Shown one piece after another: positions 28,711 through 37,510 of a DNA stretch of 64,000 bases; the first letter of the stretch is position 1, and each line of letters begins with the position of its first letter. Origin of the DNA: Candidatus Latescibacterota bacterium (GTDB lineage: Bacteria > Latescibacterota > UBA2968 > GCA-2709665). Under the pieces are notes generated by a model. The model searched no databases, was not told the DNA's origin, and was given only the letters and a program-made list of their open reading frames with translations. A program made the position numbers and the translations under genes. The stretch is from positions 4,192,001-4,256,000 of the forward strand of contig OZ220733.1 in NCBI GenBank assembly GCA_965116875.1. The letters are read 5' to 3'.

Positions 28711-29829
28711 CTATCCGCCGCTCAGCTTGAGCAATTTTTCAGTCGACTTGAGTCCGTGTCCGGTCAGGGGCGCCACAACGCACTCGTCCCCGCCCGCAGG
28801 GATCTTCCTGAATGCCGCAATCGCGGTTGCGGACGTGGGTTCGGCGTACAGACCCTGTCTGCAGATATCCAGCAGGGCTTCTTCGATTTCGCCGTCGGTA
28901 ACGGCGATCATCCGGCCGCCGGTTTCGCGAATGATATCCAGGATCTGCGACGCACGCGTGGGTTCCGCGATGGCAATCCCTTCGGCAATCGTATTGCCTG
29001 AGGACGCCGGGGGAGGCTCCGCGAGCCGGTCGCGCCACATCCGGTAGAGAGGCGCGCAGTTCGCGGCCTGCACGGCGATCATCCTGGGCAGACGGTCGAT
29101 CAGCCCGTTTTCCAGAAGGTCCCGGAATCCGAGGAAGGCGCCGATCAGCATTGTGCCGTGACCCGTGGGGACGATCAATGCATCGGGTGCATGGAAGCCG
29201 AGTTGCTCCCAGATCTCAAACGAATAGGTCTTTGTGCCCTGGAAGAAGAACGGATTCCAGACGTGGCTCGCGTAGAAGTGGTGTTCGGCCGCTGCCATGG
29301 CCGCACGCGCCGTGGCTTCCCTGGAACCGGGTACACGGATCAGTTTCGCGCCGTAGAGGCGGATCTGCGCGAGCTTCCCTGGAGACGTGGACTCGGGCAC
29401 GTAGATTTCGCATTCGATGCCGGCCTTTGCCGCATACGCCGCAACCGCGGCGCCCGCGTTGCCTGACGAGTCCTCCACGACCCTCTCAACACCCAGTTCG
29501 GCGGCGCGGCTGATCAGGACGGAAGCGCCGCGATCCTTGAAGGACCCCGTGGGAAAGAGGTTCTCCTGTTTGACGGTGAGGGGTCTGCCGTCGATCTGCA
29601 TTCGAACGATTGGCGTAAACCCTTCGTTGAACGAAACGACGTGGGTATCCGCACCGATCGGCAGCGCTTCCCGATAGCGCCACATTCCCGGCGATCGGCG
29701 CTTGATCTTGCCCGCGTCGATGGCGCCCCGGAAGCCCACGTCCAGAAGCCCGCCACAGCCGCACCGCCAGAGGCGGGTGTCCTGGGGGTGGACCGTGTCG
29801 CAGGCCCTGCAGACGATCCGCAGCGTCAT
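28711..29829 (-). CDS. thrC: threonine synthase-like PLP enzyme
   Basis: MWRY, EGFTP, PTGSFKDRG, DSSGNAG and EPTSA motifs; N-terminal Zn ribbon. Confidence 0.8.
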   Translation of the reverse strand: MTLRIVCRACDTVHPQDTRLWRCGCGGLLDVGFRGAIDAGKIKRRSPGMWRYREALPIGADTHVVSFNEGFTPIVRMQIDGRPLTVKQENLFPTGSFKDRGASVLISRAAELGVERVVEDSSGNAGAAVAAYAAKAGIECEIYVPESTSPGKLAQIRLYGAKLIRVPGSREATARAAMAAAEHHFYASHVWNPFFFQGTKTYSFEIWEQLGFHAPDALIVPTGHGTMLIGAFLGFRDLLENGLIDRLPRMIAVQAANCAPLYRMWRDRLAEPPPASSGNTIAEGIAIAEPTRASQILDIIRETGGRMIAVTDGEIEEALLDICRQGLYAEPTSATAIAAFRKIPAGGDECVVAPLTGHGLKSTEKLLKLSGG

Positions 29830-30614
29830 GACCGGACTCTTCCTTTCAACATGGCCGAGGTGACGGCGATCGCCGCGCGGCGAGGGATAAGCCGTCCCGT
29901 GAAGTTCAGCAGCCGGTTTACGAGGCCATGAATCACAGAGGGTTTTCTTCCGAGTTTATTGAGCGCCAGGGCCACGACGGCGCCGGGCGCGGCCTCTCTC
30001 AGGCCGCTGGCGTCCGTCATGCGCGCCACGCTTGTGAATTCCGTTTTTGTGAATCCGGGAGAGAGCGCCAGAGAGTCGATGCCTCTTGTCCTGTATTCTT
30101 CCCAGAGGGATTCTCCCATCAGCAGATTGAAGGCCTTGGTGGCGCCGTAGACGCCGAGGTACGGGGTCGCCTGGTATGCGGCCGTAGACGCCAGAAAGAT
30201 CAGGCCGCCGTGACCTCGATCGAGCATCAGCGGCAGGTAGTGGTTGGTGAGCAGAACCGGGACGACGCAGTTCAATACGGTCATGTTCACCATGCGATCG
30301 GGGTCAAGGTCCGCGTATGCGCCGGAAAGTCCGAATCCGGCATTGTTTACGAGCAGCCCGATTTCCAGGTCGCTCGTCTGATCTCCAACGTGGCTGCAGG
30401 CGTCGCTACCGGTAAGGTCCGCGGGAACGATGCGCGTCTTTACGCCGTGGTTCCGCCGGACTCCGTCGGCAAGCGTCGCCATCTGTTGTTCCCTGCGGGC
30501 TACGAGGACCACGTTCAAACCCCTGGCGGCCAACTGCGTAACGAACTCCGCTCCGAGACCGGATGACGCGCCGGTTACCAGGGCCCACGGGCCATATTTC
30601 TCGTGCCATTGCAT
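29826..30614 (-). CDS. short-chain dehydrogenase/reductase
   Basis: YGPWALVTGASSGLG, NNAGFG and YGATK motifs. Confidence 0.92.
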   Translation of the reverse strand: MQWHEKYGPWALVTGASSGLGAEFVTQLAARGLNVVLVARREQQMATLADGVRRNHGVKTRIVPADLTGSDACSHVGDQTSDLEIGLLVNNAGFGLSGAYADLDPDRMVNMTVLNCVVPVLLTNHYLPLMLDRGHGGLIFLASTAAYQATPYLGVYGATKAFNLLMGESLWEEYRTRGIDSLALSPGFTKTEFTSVARMTDASGLREAAPGAVVALALNKLGRKPSVIHGLVNRLLNFTGRLIPRRAAIAVTSAMLKGRVRS

Positions 30615-30638
30615 ACCTGACGGTTCCTTTCCGATCCG

Positions 30639-31490
30639 CTAGTCCCTCAGCGCGGATTCAGCCAGAGCTTCGGTATCGGCCACCATCCTTTTCCAAGCGT
30701 GATCGGTATAATCGGGGCCGAAGTCAAACGGCTGGGTTTCGATGCACATTGTGCGCCTGTAGCCAATGTGCGCCGCATGCCGGAAAAATCTGCACCAGTT
30801 CACCCGCCCGTGGCCGGGGGCGAGGTGGGAATCGCGGTCGCCCGCGTTGTCAGCCAGATGAAATGCGACCATGCACGGTCCCATGACCTCAAAGAACCTG
30901 TGCGCATCGCCGCGTCCGGCCACCAGGGCGTGGCCCGTGTCGAGGCAGAAGCCCAGGTTGGGATGGGCGAAGTCCCGCACGATCCGTTCGAAATGCGCGG
31001 GTCTGGACGTAAACCGTCCGCCGCCGGACGGAAGCATATTTTCAAGAGCGATCGTAAAGTTGAGGTCTTCCGCCTCCCTCAGGAGGGTGTCGAGGCTCCT
31101 GCCGATCTGGATGAAATAGGTTTCGAGGCCCTCCACGTCGGCGTCCGATCGGTTCGTGGTCGGATGCTGGATGCCCACCGTTGCCCCGGCAAGCGATGCC
31201 CTTCCCATCCAGAGGCGCATCTTGTCCACGGCCCGACGCCGCACGGTTTCATAGAAGGAAGCGATGTCATCTTCAGGAGAAAAGGGGAGGTGAAACGTCT
31301 CGATGCACAGTCCCGCCGATCGATATCTGTCGCCAATTGCCTGAAGTTCGGATTCGGCGATTCCTTCGAACAGGGGGGGTGAACCTTCGATGCCTGCCAG
31401 GCCGGCGAAGCGACAGGTTTCGATGATTTCATCGTGAGACTTTTCGGCAAGTCCGTAACCGGTCGTGGTCCACGTCCAGCGTTTCTGCAT
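30639..31490 (-). CDS. sugar phosphate isomerase/epimerase family protein
   Basis: ALENM, CLDTGH, FHLADN, DSHLAPGHG and CIE motifs; start ATG 31490. Confidence 0.85.
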   Translation of the reverse strand: MQKRWTWTTTGYGLAEKSHDEIIETCRFAGLAGIEGSPPLFEGIAESELQAIGDRYRSAGLCIETFHLPFSPEDDIASFYETVRRRAVDKMRLWMGRASLAGATVGIQHPTTNRSDADVEGLETYFIQIGRSLDTLLREAEDLNFTIALENMLPSGGGRFTSRPAHFERIVRDFAHPNLGFCLDTGHALVAGRGDAHRFFEVMGPCMVAFHLADNAGDRDSHLAPGHGRVNWCRFFRHAAHIGYRRTMCIETQPFDFGPDYTDHAWKRMVADTEALAESALRD

Positions 31491-31503
31491 GATGGCTTCC
31501 TTT

Positions 31504-32283
31504 CTACTCGTCCCCTTTTTGCAGAGACCGACTGCGCTCCCAGCGATCGTACCAGTCCAGCAGTTGGGGGGTTGGCGCAAAATCGTGAATGGTCACCCGT
31601 CTGCGTCCGGGCAGATAGTTGCCGAGGTGCCAGCCGTTTGGATGGTAGAGCGCGAAGTCTCCCGCATCCATGAACAGTCGCTCCGCCTGCGGCATCGATC
31701 GGGCATAGTCCAGACATGCACGCTCTTTTTCTTCATGCGGTAGTTCCTCAGGAGGCAGCGGAACCCCCGCGGCGTCGATCTCGTCCGGGAGATCGTCTCT
31801 CAGGTGACTGCCTGGCACAACCCACGTACAGTTGTCCTCGTAAAGAGGACAGTTGACCTGGTTGAACCAGAGCGGGTCGCGGTTCACACGGCGAAACTCG
31901 TCCAGGTCGGGTACACCGGATGTTTCCCGGATGTCCCGGTGCCAGGCTGTACACCATGGTTGATCCTTCGGCTCCAGCAACAGTCCCAACCGCGCAAGTC
32001 CGCTGTTGGCAATTCTGTGATCGGGGGTGAGCACCTTGCTGATCGCATCCACCAGCGGCGGAAGTTTCGCATAGTCCTGGAAGGGTCTGATATCAATGTC
32101 GTAATTTACGATGGGCTGAAGGCGCTGTGCCTGGGGACCACGCACTTCTCGTGCAAAACAGTGTGCCCGGGCCGTGGCTCGACGAAGGTCGCGAATGAGC
32201 GCCGGCGGGAGGATTTGCCGGAAAATCACGCACCCTCGTGTACGGTAGTCCCGGATCATGGAATCGCAGAATCTGAATCCCAT
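31504..32283 (-). CDS. phytanoyl-CoA dioxygenase (PhyH) family protein
   Basis: WHRD, VVPGSH, AGD...WHLG.Y..R motifs. Confidence 0.85.
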   Translation of the reverse strand: MGFRFCDSMIRDYRTRGCVIFRQILPPALIRDLRRATARAHCFAREVRGPQAQRLQPIVNYDIDIRPFQDYAKLPPLVDAISKVLTPDHRIANSGLARLGLLLEPKDQPWCTAWHRDIRETSGVPDLDEFRRVNRDPLWFNQVNCPLYEDNCTWVVPGSHLRDDLPDEIDAAGVPLPPEELPHEEKERACLDYARSMPQAERLFMDAGDFALYHPNGWHLGNYLPGRRRVTIHDFAPTPQLLDWYDRWERSRSLQKGDE

Positions 32284-32320
32284 TTGCGCCTCCGCCTGTT
32301 CGGACCGCCCGTTGCGGCCA

Positions 32321-32884
32321 TCACGCCTTTCTGACGATATCGCCCACCCGAACGGTGCCTGGTTGAATCACGCGCGCGTTGAGACCGCGGAGCCGGAGCC
32401 GCTTGCCCTGGCGCGAATTGACGAATTTCATGGCATCCACACCGAAACGGGACACGAACTTCCGGCAACCCGTATGGGGCTGCTCGGACACCCTGATCAC
32501 GGCGGTGCCGAGCGACAATCGGGTACCGGCCGGCAGGTTGTCTTCGCTCAGGTCCAGGTCCACGTACAACTGGTCGCCGGCGAACTGCCAACGGCTGTTG
32601 TCCTGTGCAACCAGTGCGGCGCACCGGGCGTTCATGACGGTGAGCTGTGTATAGGGATCGGCCGAGCCGTCCGGGGTTCGGGAACTGCCCCGGGACTTCC
32701 AATTGTCTCCCACGAGGCCATCCGACGGGTGAAGTTCGCCCTCGGCGATCACTTCGCGCTGTTCGACGTCCGGCCGGCGCACGATCATCTTCAAAACGCC
32801 TTCGTCTTCCGGTGAGTTTCGGACGTCGTCCAGACCCTGTTCGAGTTCCTTCGTTGTCAAGTGCCTTACATCGTCCATATTCAC
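32321..32884 (-). CDS. MOSC domain protein
   Basis: GLVGDNW, GDQLYVDLDLS, PHTGCRKF and RGLNARVIQPG motifs. Confidence 0.88.
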   Translation of the reverse strand: MNMDDVRHLTTKELEQGLDDVRNSPEDEGVLKMIVRRPDVEQREVIAEGELHPSDGLVGDNWKSRGSSRTPDGSADPYTQLTVMNARCAALVAQDNSRWQFAGDQLYVDLDLSEDNLPAGTRLSLGTAVIRVSEQPHTGCRKFVSRFGVDAMKFVNSRQGKRLRLRGLNARVIQPGTVRVGDIVRKA

Positions 32885-32951
32885 CCTCCGTCGTCGCGGT
32901 TGCCGGGTTTGACAACCTGTTGCCGGGACTTTGCTCTGCCCGGATGAAGAA

Positions 32952-33665
32952 TCAGGTTCGGTCTGAAGGCCAGTCGAATCCGTACCCGACGCCTCTTACC
33001 GTGGAAATCGTACCATTGAAGTCGGCCAGTTTCGCTCTGAGTCGCGCGACGTGTACGTCGACGGTGCGCATTCCGCCGTGATAGTCGTACCCCCAGATGC
33101 GGTCGAGCAGATCCGAACGGGTAAAGACGCGACCCCGGTGTACGATCAGATATTTCAGCAGTTCGTATTCTTTCAACGTAAGGTCCAGGAGGGCGCCATT
33201 GACGCGGACTTCGTAACGGACCGGATTGATGACCAGTTCGTCCAGGCGGATCACGTCGCCACGCTCCGTCCGTCCCAGGTTCAGTCGCAAGCGGGTTTCC
33301 AACTGCTCCAGGGAGTACGGCTGCGTGATGAAGTCTGTGACTCCGGCAGAGAAGTCGATGGTTGAGACGCGGTCTTCGTCAGTGATCAGCAATACTGGCG
33401 TATTGCGCGAGGCGGGGGGCCGCAGCAGGCGTTGAACGCGTTTGGGCAGGTGGCCCGGGAACGTGTGGTCGACAACGAGGAGATCGGCCGGATTGCCCGG
33501 GAGACCGCCGGTGTCGGGCAAGGCAACACGGTCCTGGTTCCAGGCAAGGCGTGAAACGGAATGACCGATCGATTCCAAGTCTGCCTTCAGGCGCAACCCC
33601 TGTGTTTCACTGGCAAGCAGCAGGATGTGGGACATAAAATGGGCGTGGCGTCTTGCAGCGGACAT
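32952..33665 (-). CDS. orphan OmpR/PhoB-family (GlnR-like) response regulator
   Basis: Degenerate receiver plus wHTH LTLKEYELL, IWGYDY.GGMRTVDVHVARLR and TVRGVGY; start may be ATG 33635. Confidence 0.88.
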   Translation of the reverse strand: MSAARRHAHFMSHILLLASETQGLRLKADLESIGHSVSRLAWNQDRVALPDTGGLPGNPADLLVVDHTFPGHLPKRVQRLLRPPASRNTPVLLITDEDRVSTIDFSAGVTDFITQPYSLEQLETRLRLNLGRTERGDVIRLDELVINPVRYEVRVNGALLDLTLKEYELLKYLIVHRGRVFTRSDLLDRIWGYDYHGGMRTVDVHVARLRAKLADFNGTISTVRGVGYGFDWPSDRT

Positions 33666-33744
33666 GCGGCGGAGCTCGATCCGGACGGCGATCTGTCCGG
33701 TCTGTCCCGTACCGGTTGGACAGGGGCCTGGTTGCGGACGGCGG

Positions 33745-33774
33745 AAATTACAGAGCGCAGGTCAATTCTGTCAA
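33745..33774 (-). promoter_or_regulatory. sigma-70 promoter for the response regulator
   Basis: Minus strand TTGACA-18-TAATTT. Confidence 0.5.
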
Positions 33775-33790
33775 GGGATATCTAAATCTG

Positions 33791-33916
33791 CCAAAACCCC
33801 CGCACTACGGGCTCTTTGTGATGAATGGCGGGTCGTTCTTGCGTTGCAGCGGCATTCCGGATGCCTTTTACAACCCGAAAAAGGCCGAAACGCACGGCAG
33901 GCTCGGCCCATTCAAC
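33791..33916 (-). ncRNA. candidate structured small RNA (about 100-125 nt)
   Basis: Own promoter at 33923-33951; closing stem TGAATGG/CCATTCA; inner helices whose G-U pairs work only on the minus strand; weak hairpin plus U-tract at the 3' end. Confidence 0.4.
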
Positions 33917-33922
33917 GGTATA

Positions 33923-33951
33923 AATATAGCAAATTGCCAACACAAAGTCAA
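33923..33951 (-). promoter_or_regulatory. sigma-70 promoter (divergent pair, leftward)
   Basis: Minus strand TTGACT-17-TATATT in an AT-rich island. Confidence 0.65.
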
Positions 33952-33984
33952 TAAATTTAAATCCTTTAAAAACAGAATTTTATA

Positions 33985-34013
33985 TTGACTTTTCCGTCTG
34001 TGTGCCGTAATTT
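33985..34013 (+). promoter_or_regulatory. sigma-70 promoter (divergent pair, rightward)
   Basis: TTGACT-17-TAATTT with an AT-rich UP-like tract. Confidence 0.6.
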
Positions 34014-34100
34014 TATCCTCAGACGGCTCATTCATTTTCCCGTTCAATCTCTACCAGCGGTTGCTGGAGAGACCTTTCCGCGTTCACGGGAAGGGTTACC

Positions 34101-35117
34101 ATGAAACGGAAACCGGTCATTCGCCGCCGGGATTCCTGTGCGGTCTGCGGGGTGAAGATTCCCGCGGAACGCAGGTCGGAAATGCCCGGCGTGTCGACCT
34201 GCCTGCAGTGCCAGCAACAGCAGGAATTGCGGCGTCCGCCTGTGGATGATCGTAACGAAGCACAACGCGGCGCCCCTGAGCCGGCCGTCCGCGATTCAGT
34301 GGAGGTGAAGGGAAATCTGGTATTGGCCGGGGATTGGTCCGGACGCCTCATCGACCTGGTCGGTCGCGAAAGCGAGGTACGGGGGCTCCTGGCGAAAGGT
34401 GAAGCCGATCAGGCTCGAACGCTGGTGCAGGCGCTTCCCGTGGAGGAGCAGGCCGCGCTCGTGGCGATGAGCGATGCGCCGGAGGAGATGCTCTCGATGA
34501 CGGGCGCCGACAGCTCCGGCGTTCCGGGCTACAGCCCCGGGGTTGTGGCGCTGCTGCCCGCCGAGACACTGGGAAACATGATTTCAATAGACCCCGACGA
34601 ACGGAAGTTCAATACGGAACTGATCCGGGCGATGTCCCCAGCCGTTCTGCAAAGCACGATGGCAGAAACACTGGACAGGGTGGACAATCCTGGCTTGCGA
34701 ACGCGTGTCTCCTGGGAGTGGCTTCAGGCACTGGCGACGCTCAAGGAGTCCGACCGCAGGGCGGAGTTTCTGCGCGCCGTGGATCCGTCCTATCTGGAAG
34801 ACGCGCTGCTGGACAGGCTGGAACATCTGAATCTGAATGAGGTCGTCGGTTTTGGTGGCTTTCAGGTATACCGCTTTCGGCTTTTTTCCTCCGAGGGTCT
34901 CGGCGGGACCCGGCCCAGCGCGTTTATCGACGATCCGGAGACCGGCAAGGTGCTCGATGCGCTCTATGAAGCGGCGCCGGCCCTGCTTTCAAATGCGATT
35001 CGCGGGGCGTGGGAGCGGTCTGACGCCGAAGATGAAGAAGCCAATGCGGGGCGGGAAGCGGAGTCGAATCAGGCAGGCACGGTGGAGCGGTCGAATGAAC
35101 CTTCTGACGGGCGTTGA
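34101..35117 (+). CDS. TraR/DksA C4 zinc finger fused to an unknown helical domain
   Basis: CAVCGVKIPAERRSEMPGVSTCLQCQ; the remainder is helical (SWEWLQAL, AEFLRAVDP). Confidence 0.75.
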   Translation: MKRKPVIRRRDSCAVCGVKIPAERRSEMPGVSTCLQCQQQQELRRPPVDDRNEAQRGAPEPAVRDSVEVKGNLVLAGDWSGRLIDLVGRESEVRGLLAKGEADQARTLVQALPVEEQAALVAMSDAPEEMLSMTGADSSGVPGYSPGVVALLPAETLGNMISIDPDERKFNTELIRAMSPAVLQSTMAETLDRVDNPGLRTRVSWEWLQALATLKESDRRAEFLRAVDPSYLEDALLDRLEHLNLNEVVGFGGFQVYRFRLFSSEGLGGTRPSAFIDDPETGKVLDALYEAAPALLSNAIRGAWERSDAEDEEANAGREAESNQAGTVERSNEPSDGR

Positions 35118-35997
35118 CTTCGACAGACTCAGGGTCGAATCTGAGGGGTTCCTGGGACAGGCCATCACCCTGGGGATCCGGTACGGAAGACTGTCCGAAC
35201 ATACGCCTGACGTTCTGCTGGCCTTTCTGCGCACAGCGGGGATGAGATTCGGCCAACGGTACCGTACCGGGCTCGCCGTTTCACGGGATGTACTGGAGGC
35301 GGGTGTCGGCAAGACGCTGGTCAGCCTTGAACTGGGCCTGAAAGTCATGTCGGAGCAGGATCTCAACCGTGGCGTGGACCTGCTTGCCGAAGGCGATTTC
35401 GAGAAAATTCGCAAACGGGGCTGGGAGGAAGCATACGTGCGTATTGAGGAGATGAACCGCGTATGCCGTTCGATCCAGGGAAGGCCGGAGTCGCGCCTGT
35501 TGCGCGACTACGCGTCTCAAATCGACTGCTGGTCCCGCGTGGTCCCGGAGACCTGGATGGTTTCAGCGGTGGAGGATGAAGACGAACACTTCGTGGACCC
35601 TTTGAAAGACTACGCCGGGTTTCGCGAACTGCACGCACGCCTGTGCTTCATCCGGCTTCTTCCGTCGTCTGTTCTGCAGCCCTTCGCCGAGGCCGTGAAC
35701 GAGTGCGGGTTCAGCGATTTCGTTCGACACCTTATTCTGGCGCTGGCGTTGGACCAGGAGACACTGGTCCCCGGCTCACGTGAAATATCCGTCTTTGAGT
35801 CGGACTGTCTCGGATCGGAAGGCTTCGCGTCCTGGGCGCGCGACAAGGTCCTGGCAAAGGCGAACGAGATGGCGCGCAAGGCGGTGGATGACTCGCAACT
35901 GCGGATGTTGTTGACGCAGGAGGTGGAAGACGAGATGGCCTGCCTGACCGGGCTCAAGGCCGACTCGCTTGCGGGCGCATTCGTAATCGATTCCTGA
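35095..35997 (+). CDS. hypothetical helical protein (DUF6178/DUF6179-like motif)
   Basis: 300 aa from ATG 35095, overlapping the upstream stop; SLELGLKVMSEQDLNRGVDLLAEGDFEKIRKRGW. Confidence 0.7.
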   Translation: MNLLTGVDFDRLRVESEGFLGQAITLGIRYGRLSEHTPDVLLAFLRTAGMRFGQRYRTGLAVSRDVLEAGVGKTLVSLELGLKVMSEQDLNRGVDLLAEGDFEKIRKRGWEEAYVRIEEMNRVCRSIQGRPESRLLRDYASQIDCWSRVVPETWMVSAVEDEDEHFVDPLKDYAGFRELHARLCFIRLLPSSVLQPFAEAVNECGFSDFVRHLILALALDQETLVPGSREISVFESDCLGSEGFASWARDKVLAKANEMARKAVDDSQLRMLLTQEVEDEMACLTGLKADSLAGAFVIDS

Positions 35998-36043
35998 TCC
36001 GGTTCCGCCAGGGACCTGGTTCGGGGCACATCCCTTCCGGCCT

Positions 36044-36454
36044 TCAGGTCCCGGACTCTTTCTCGGCGGCGCGGCGGCGTGATTCCCGGCCCTTGTCAGG
36101 CGTGGGATCCTTTACGAGACCGTATGACTCCCGGCCTTCGTGACCCTCCGGCAGGTATTCGGTAACGGGCAGGCCATCGGGGGTGACGAAGAGCAGGCAG
36201 TGGCAATATTTGTAGATCTTCATCTCGTCGCAGGCGCAGATCCATTCCCTGCTGCGTTCGAGTTCGGCTTTCTTGTCGGGATAGAAGTTGCACGGGCACA
36301 ATGGACGACCGAGTTCGTCGACGTTGGCCGCCAGGCCGTTGACAACGGCTTCCGTGATTCCCCGGTCGGGATGACCGTTCGTGCCGGTTTTCTCGCAGTA
36401 TTTCTCAAAGTAGACCCACATACGCTTCAGGCTTTTTTCCGATGGCTGGTCCAT
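36044..36454 (-). CDS. ferredoxin-thioredoxin reductase catalytic (beta) subunit-like protein
   Basis: GRPLCPC, WICAC and YCHCLLF cluster/disulfide motifs. Confidence 0.9.
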   Translation of the reverse strand: MDQPSEKSLKRMWVYFEKYCEKTGTNGHPDRGITEAVVNGLAANVDELGRPLCPCNFYPDKKAELERSREWICACDEMKIYKYCHCLLFVTPDGLPVTEYLPEGHEGRESYGLVKDPTPDKGRESRRRAAEKESGT

Positions 36455-36505
36455 TGGTGGTTTCCCGTGTGACGGGGGTTGTCCGTGTAAAGGAAACAGG
36501 ATATT

Positions 36506-37321
36506 CTAACGGAGACCGTCGAGATAGTCCATGGATTTTCTGAGTTCGGCTTTGGGGTCGCTTCCCGGAGGGATGGCGCATTCAAAACCGCTGAAATATT
36601 CGTAACCGATATCGTCCAGGGCCTTCAGGGCCGGCCTGAAGTCGGTGTGCCCGTAGCCCGGTAGGACCCGGTTGCTGTCGGCAAGATGCACGTTCGTGAT
36701 CCGATCTCCGCAGTTGCGGATCGCCGTTGCCATATCGGACTCTTCAATGCTCATGTGAAAGAAGTCCGCCATCAGACTGACCCCGGGGCTGTCTGCGGCA
36801 TCGCAGATCTCGAGCCCGTCCGAGAGGGTACACGGCCACCATTGTTCGTAGCGGTTGAGCGGTTCGATGATGACGCTGCATCCGCAGGCTTCGGCGTGCG
36901 GTCCGATATCGTGTTTCAGGATTTCGGTGAGCAACCTCGATTCCAGGTGCGCGGTGGTCGCAAACGGAGACAGATCCGGAATACGGTGGCCATGCTGGAG
37001 TTTGATCGCGATCAGCGGAGGGAAAATGACCCCGACACCGCCCAGATCGCCGCAAAGTGTGAGCGCGTCCCTGAGGTCTTGCGCAGCCCGCGTGCGTTCC
37101 TCGGGCCTGGCATCCAGGAGGCCCATCGATCCCCTGATCGAAAAAACGTTGGGGATGACGCCGGTCTGTGCGGATGCCCTGCGGATCTCGCCGGCGTGCG
37201 ACGCTGAACTGCTGGTGGTGATTTCGATGCCCTGGATGCCGATATCCGCGAGATTGCGGAATTTCTCCAGAATGGTGTTCCCCGGCGCCATATTTTCGCG
37301 AATGGAGTATTTCAGCGGCAT
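36506..37321 (-). CDS. sugar phosphate isomerase/epimerase family protein
   Basis: IEPLNRYE, ADFFHMSIEE, HLADSNR..PGYGHTDF and FEC motifs; start ATG 37321. Confidence 0.88.
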   Translation of the reverse strand: MPLKYSIRENMAPGNTILEKFRNLADIGIQGIEITTSSSASHAGEIRRASAQTGVIPNVFSIRGSMGLLDARPEERTRAAQDLRDALTLCGDLGGVGVIFPPLIAIKLQHGHRIPDLSPFATTAHLESRLLTEILKHDIGPHAEACGCSVIIEPLNRYEQWWPCTLSDGLEICDAADSPGVSLMADFFHMSIEESDMATAIRNCGDRITNVHLADSNRVLPGYGHTDFRPALKALDDIGYEYFSGFECAIPPGSDPKAELRKSMDYLDGLR

Positions 37322-37411
37322 TTCGGGTTTCCTGACGGTTTGGGGCAAGGCTGCCCGATCCACGTTCGTTGGCGGGCATCGGAACAATGCTGACAGGCGC
37401 GTTGAGCGCGC

Positions 37412-37440
37412 AATATAGTGTCTGCTGCAAGGCGTGTCAA
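37412..37440 (-). promoter_or_regulatory. sigma-70 promoter
   Basis: Minus strand TTGACA-17-TATATT. Confidence 0.7.
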
Positions 37441-37510
37441 GTGGCGCACCTTCCGTTATTGCGGCGCGGTACGACACCGCCGTGGCCCCGGGGTGGAAGC
37501 CCCCACCGCG

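Noticed and set aside
33818-33916. HDV-like/hammerhead ribozyme, SRP or tRNA identity for the candidate RNA
   Set aside because: No P2/J4-2 topology, CUGAUGA-GAAA core, SRP GGAA-loop motif or TTCGA T-arm
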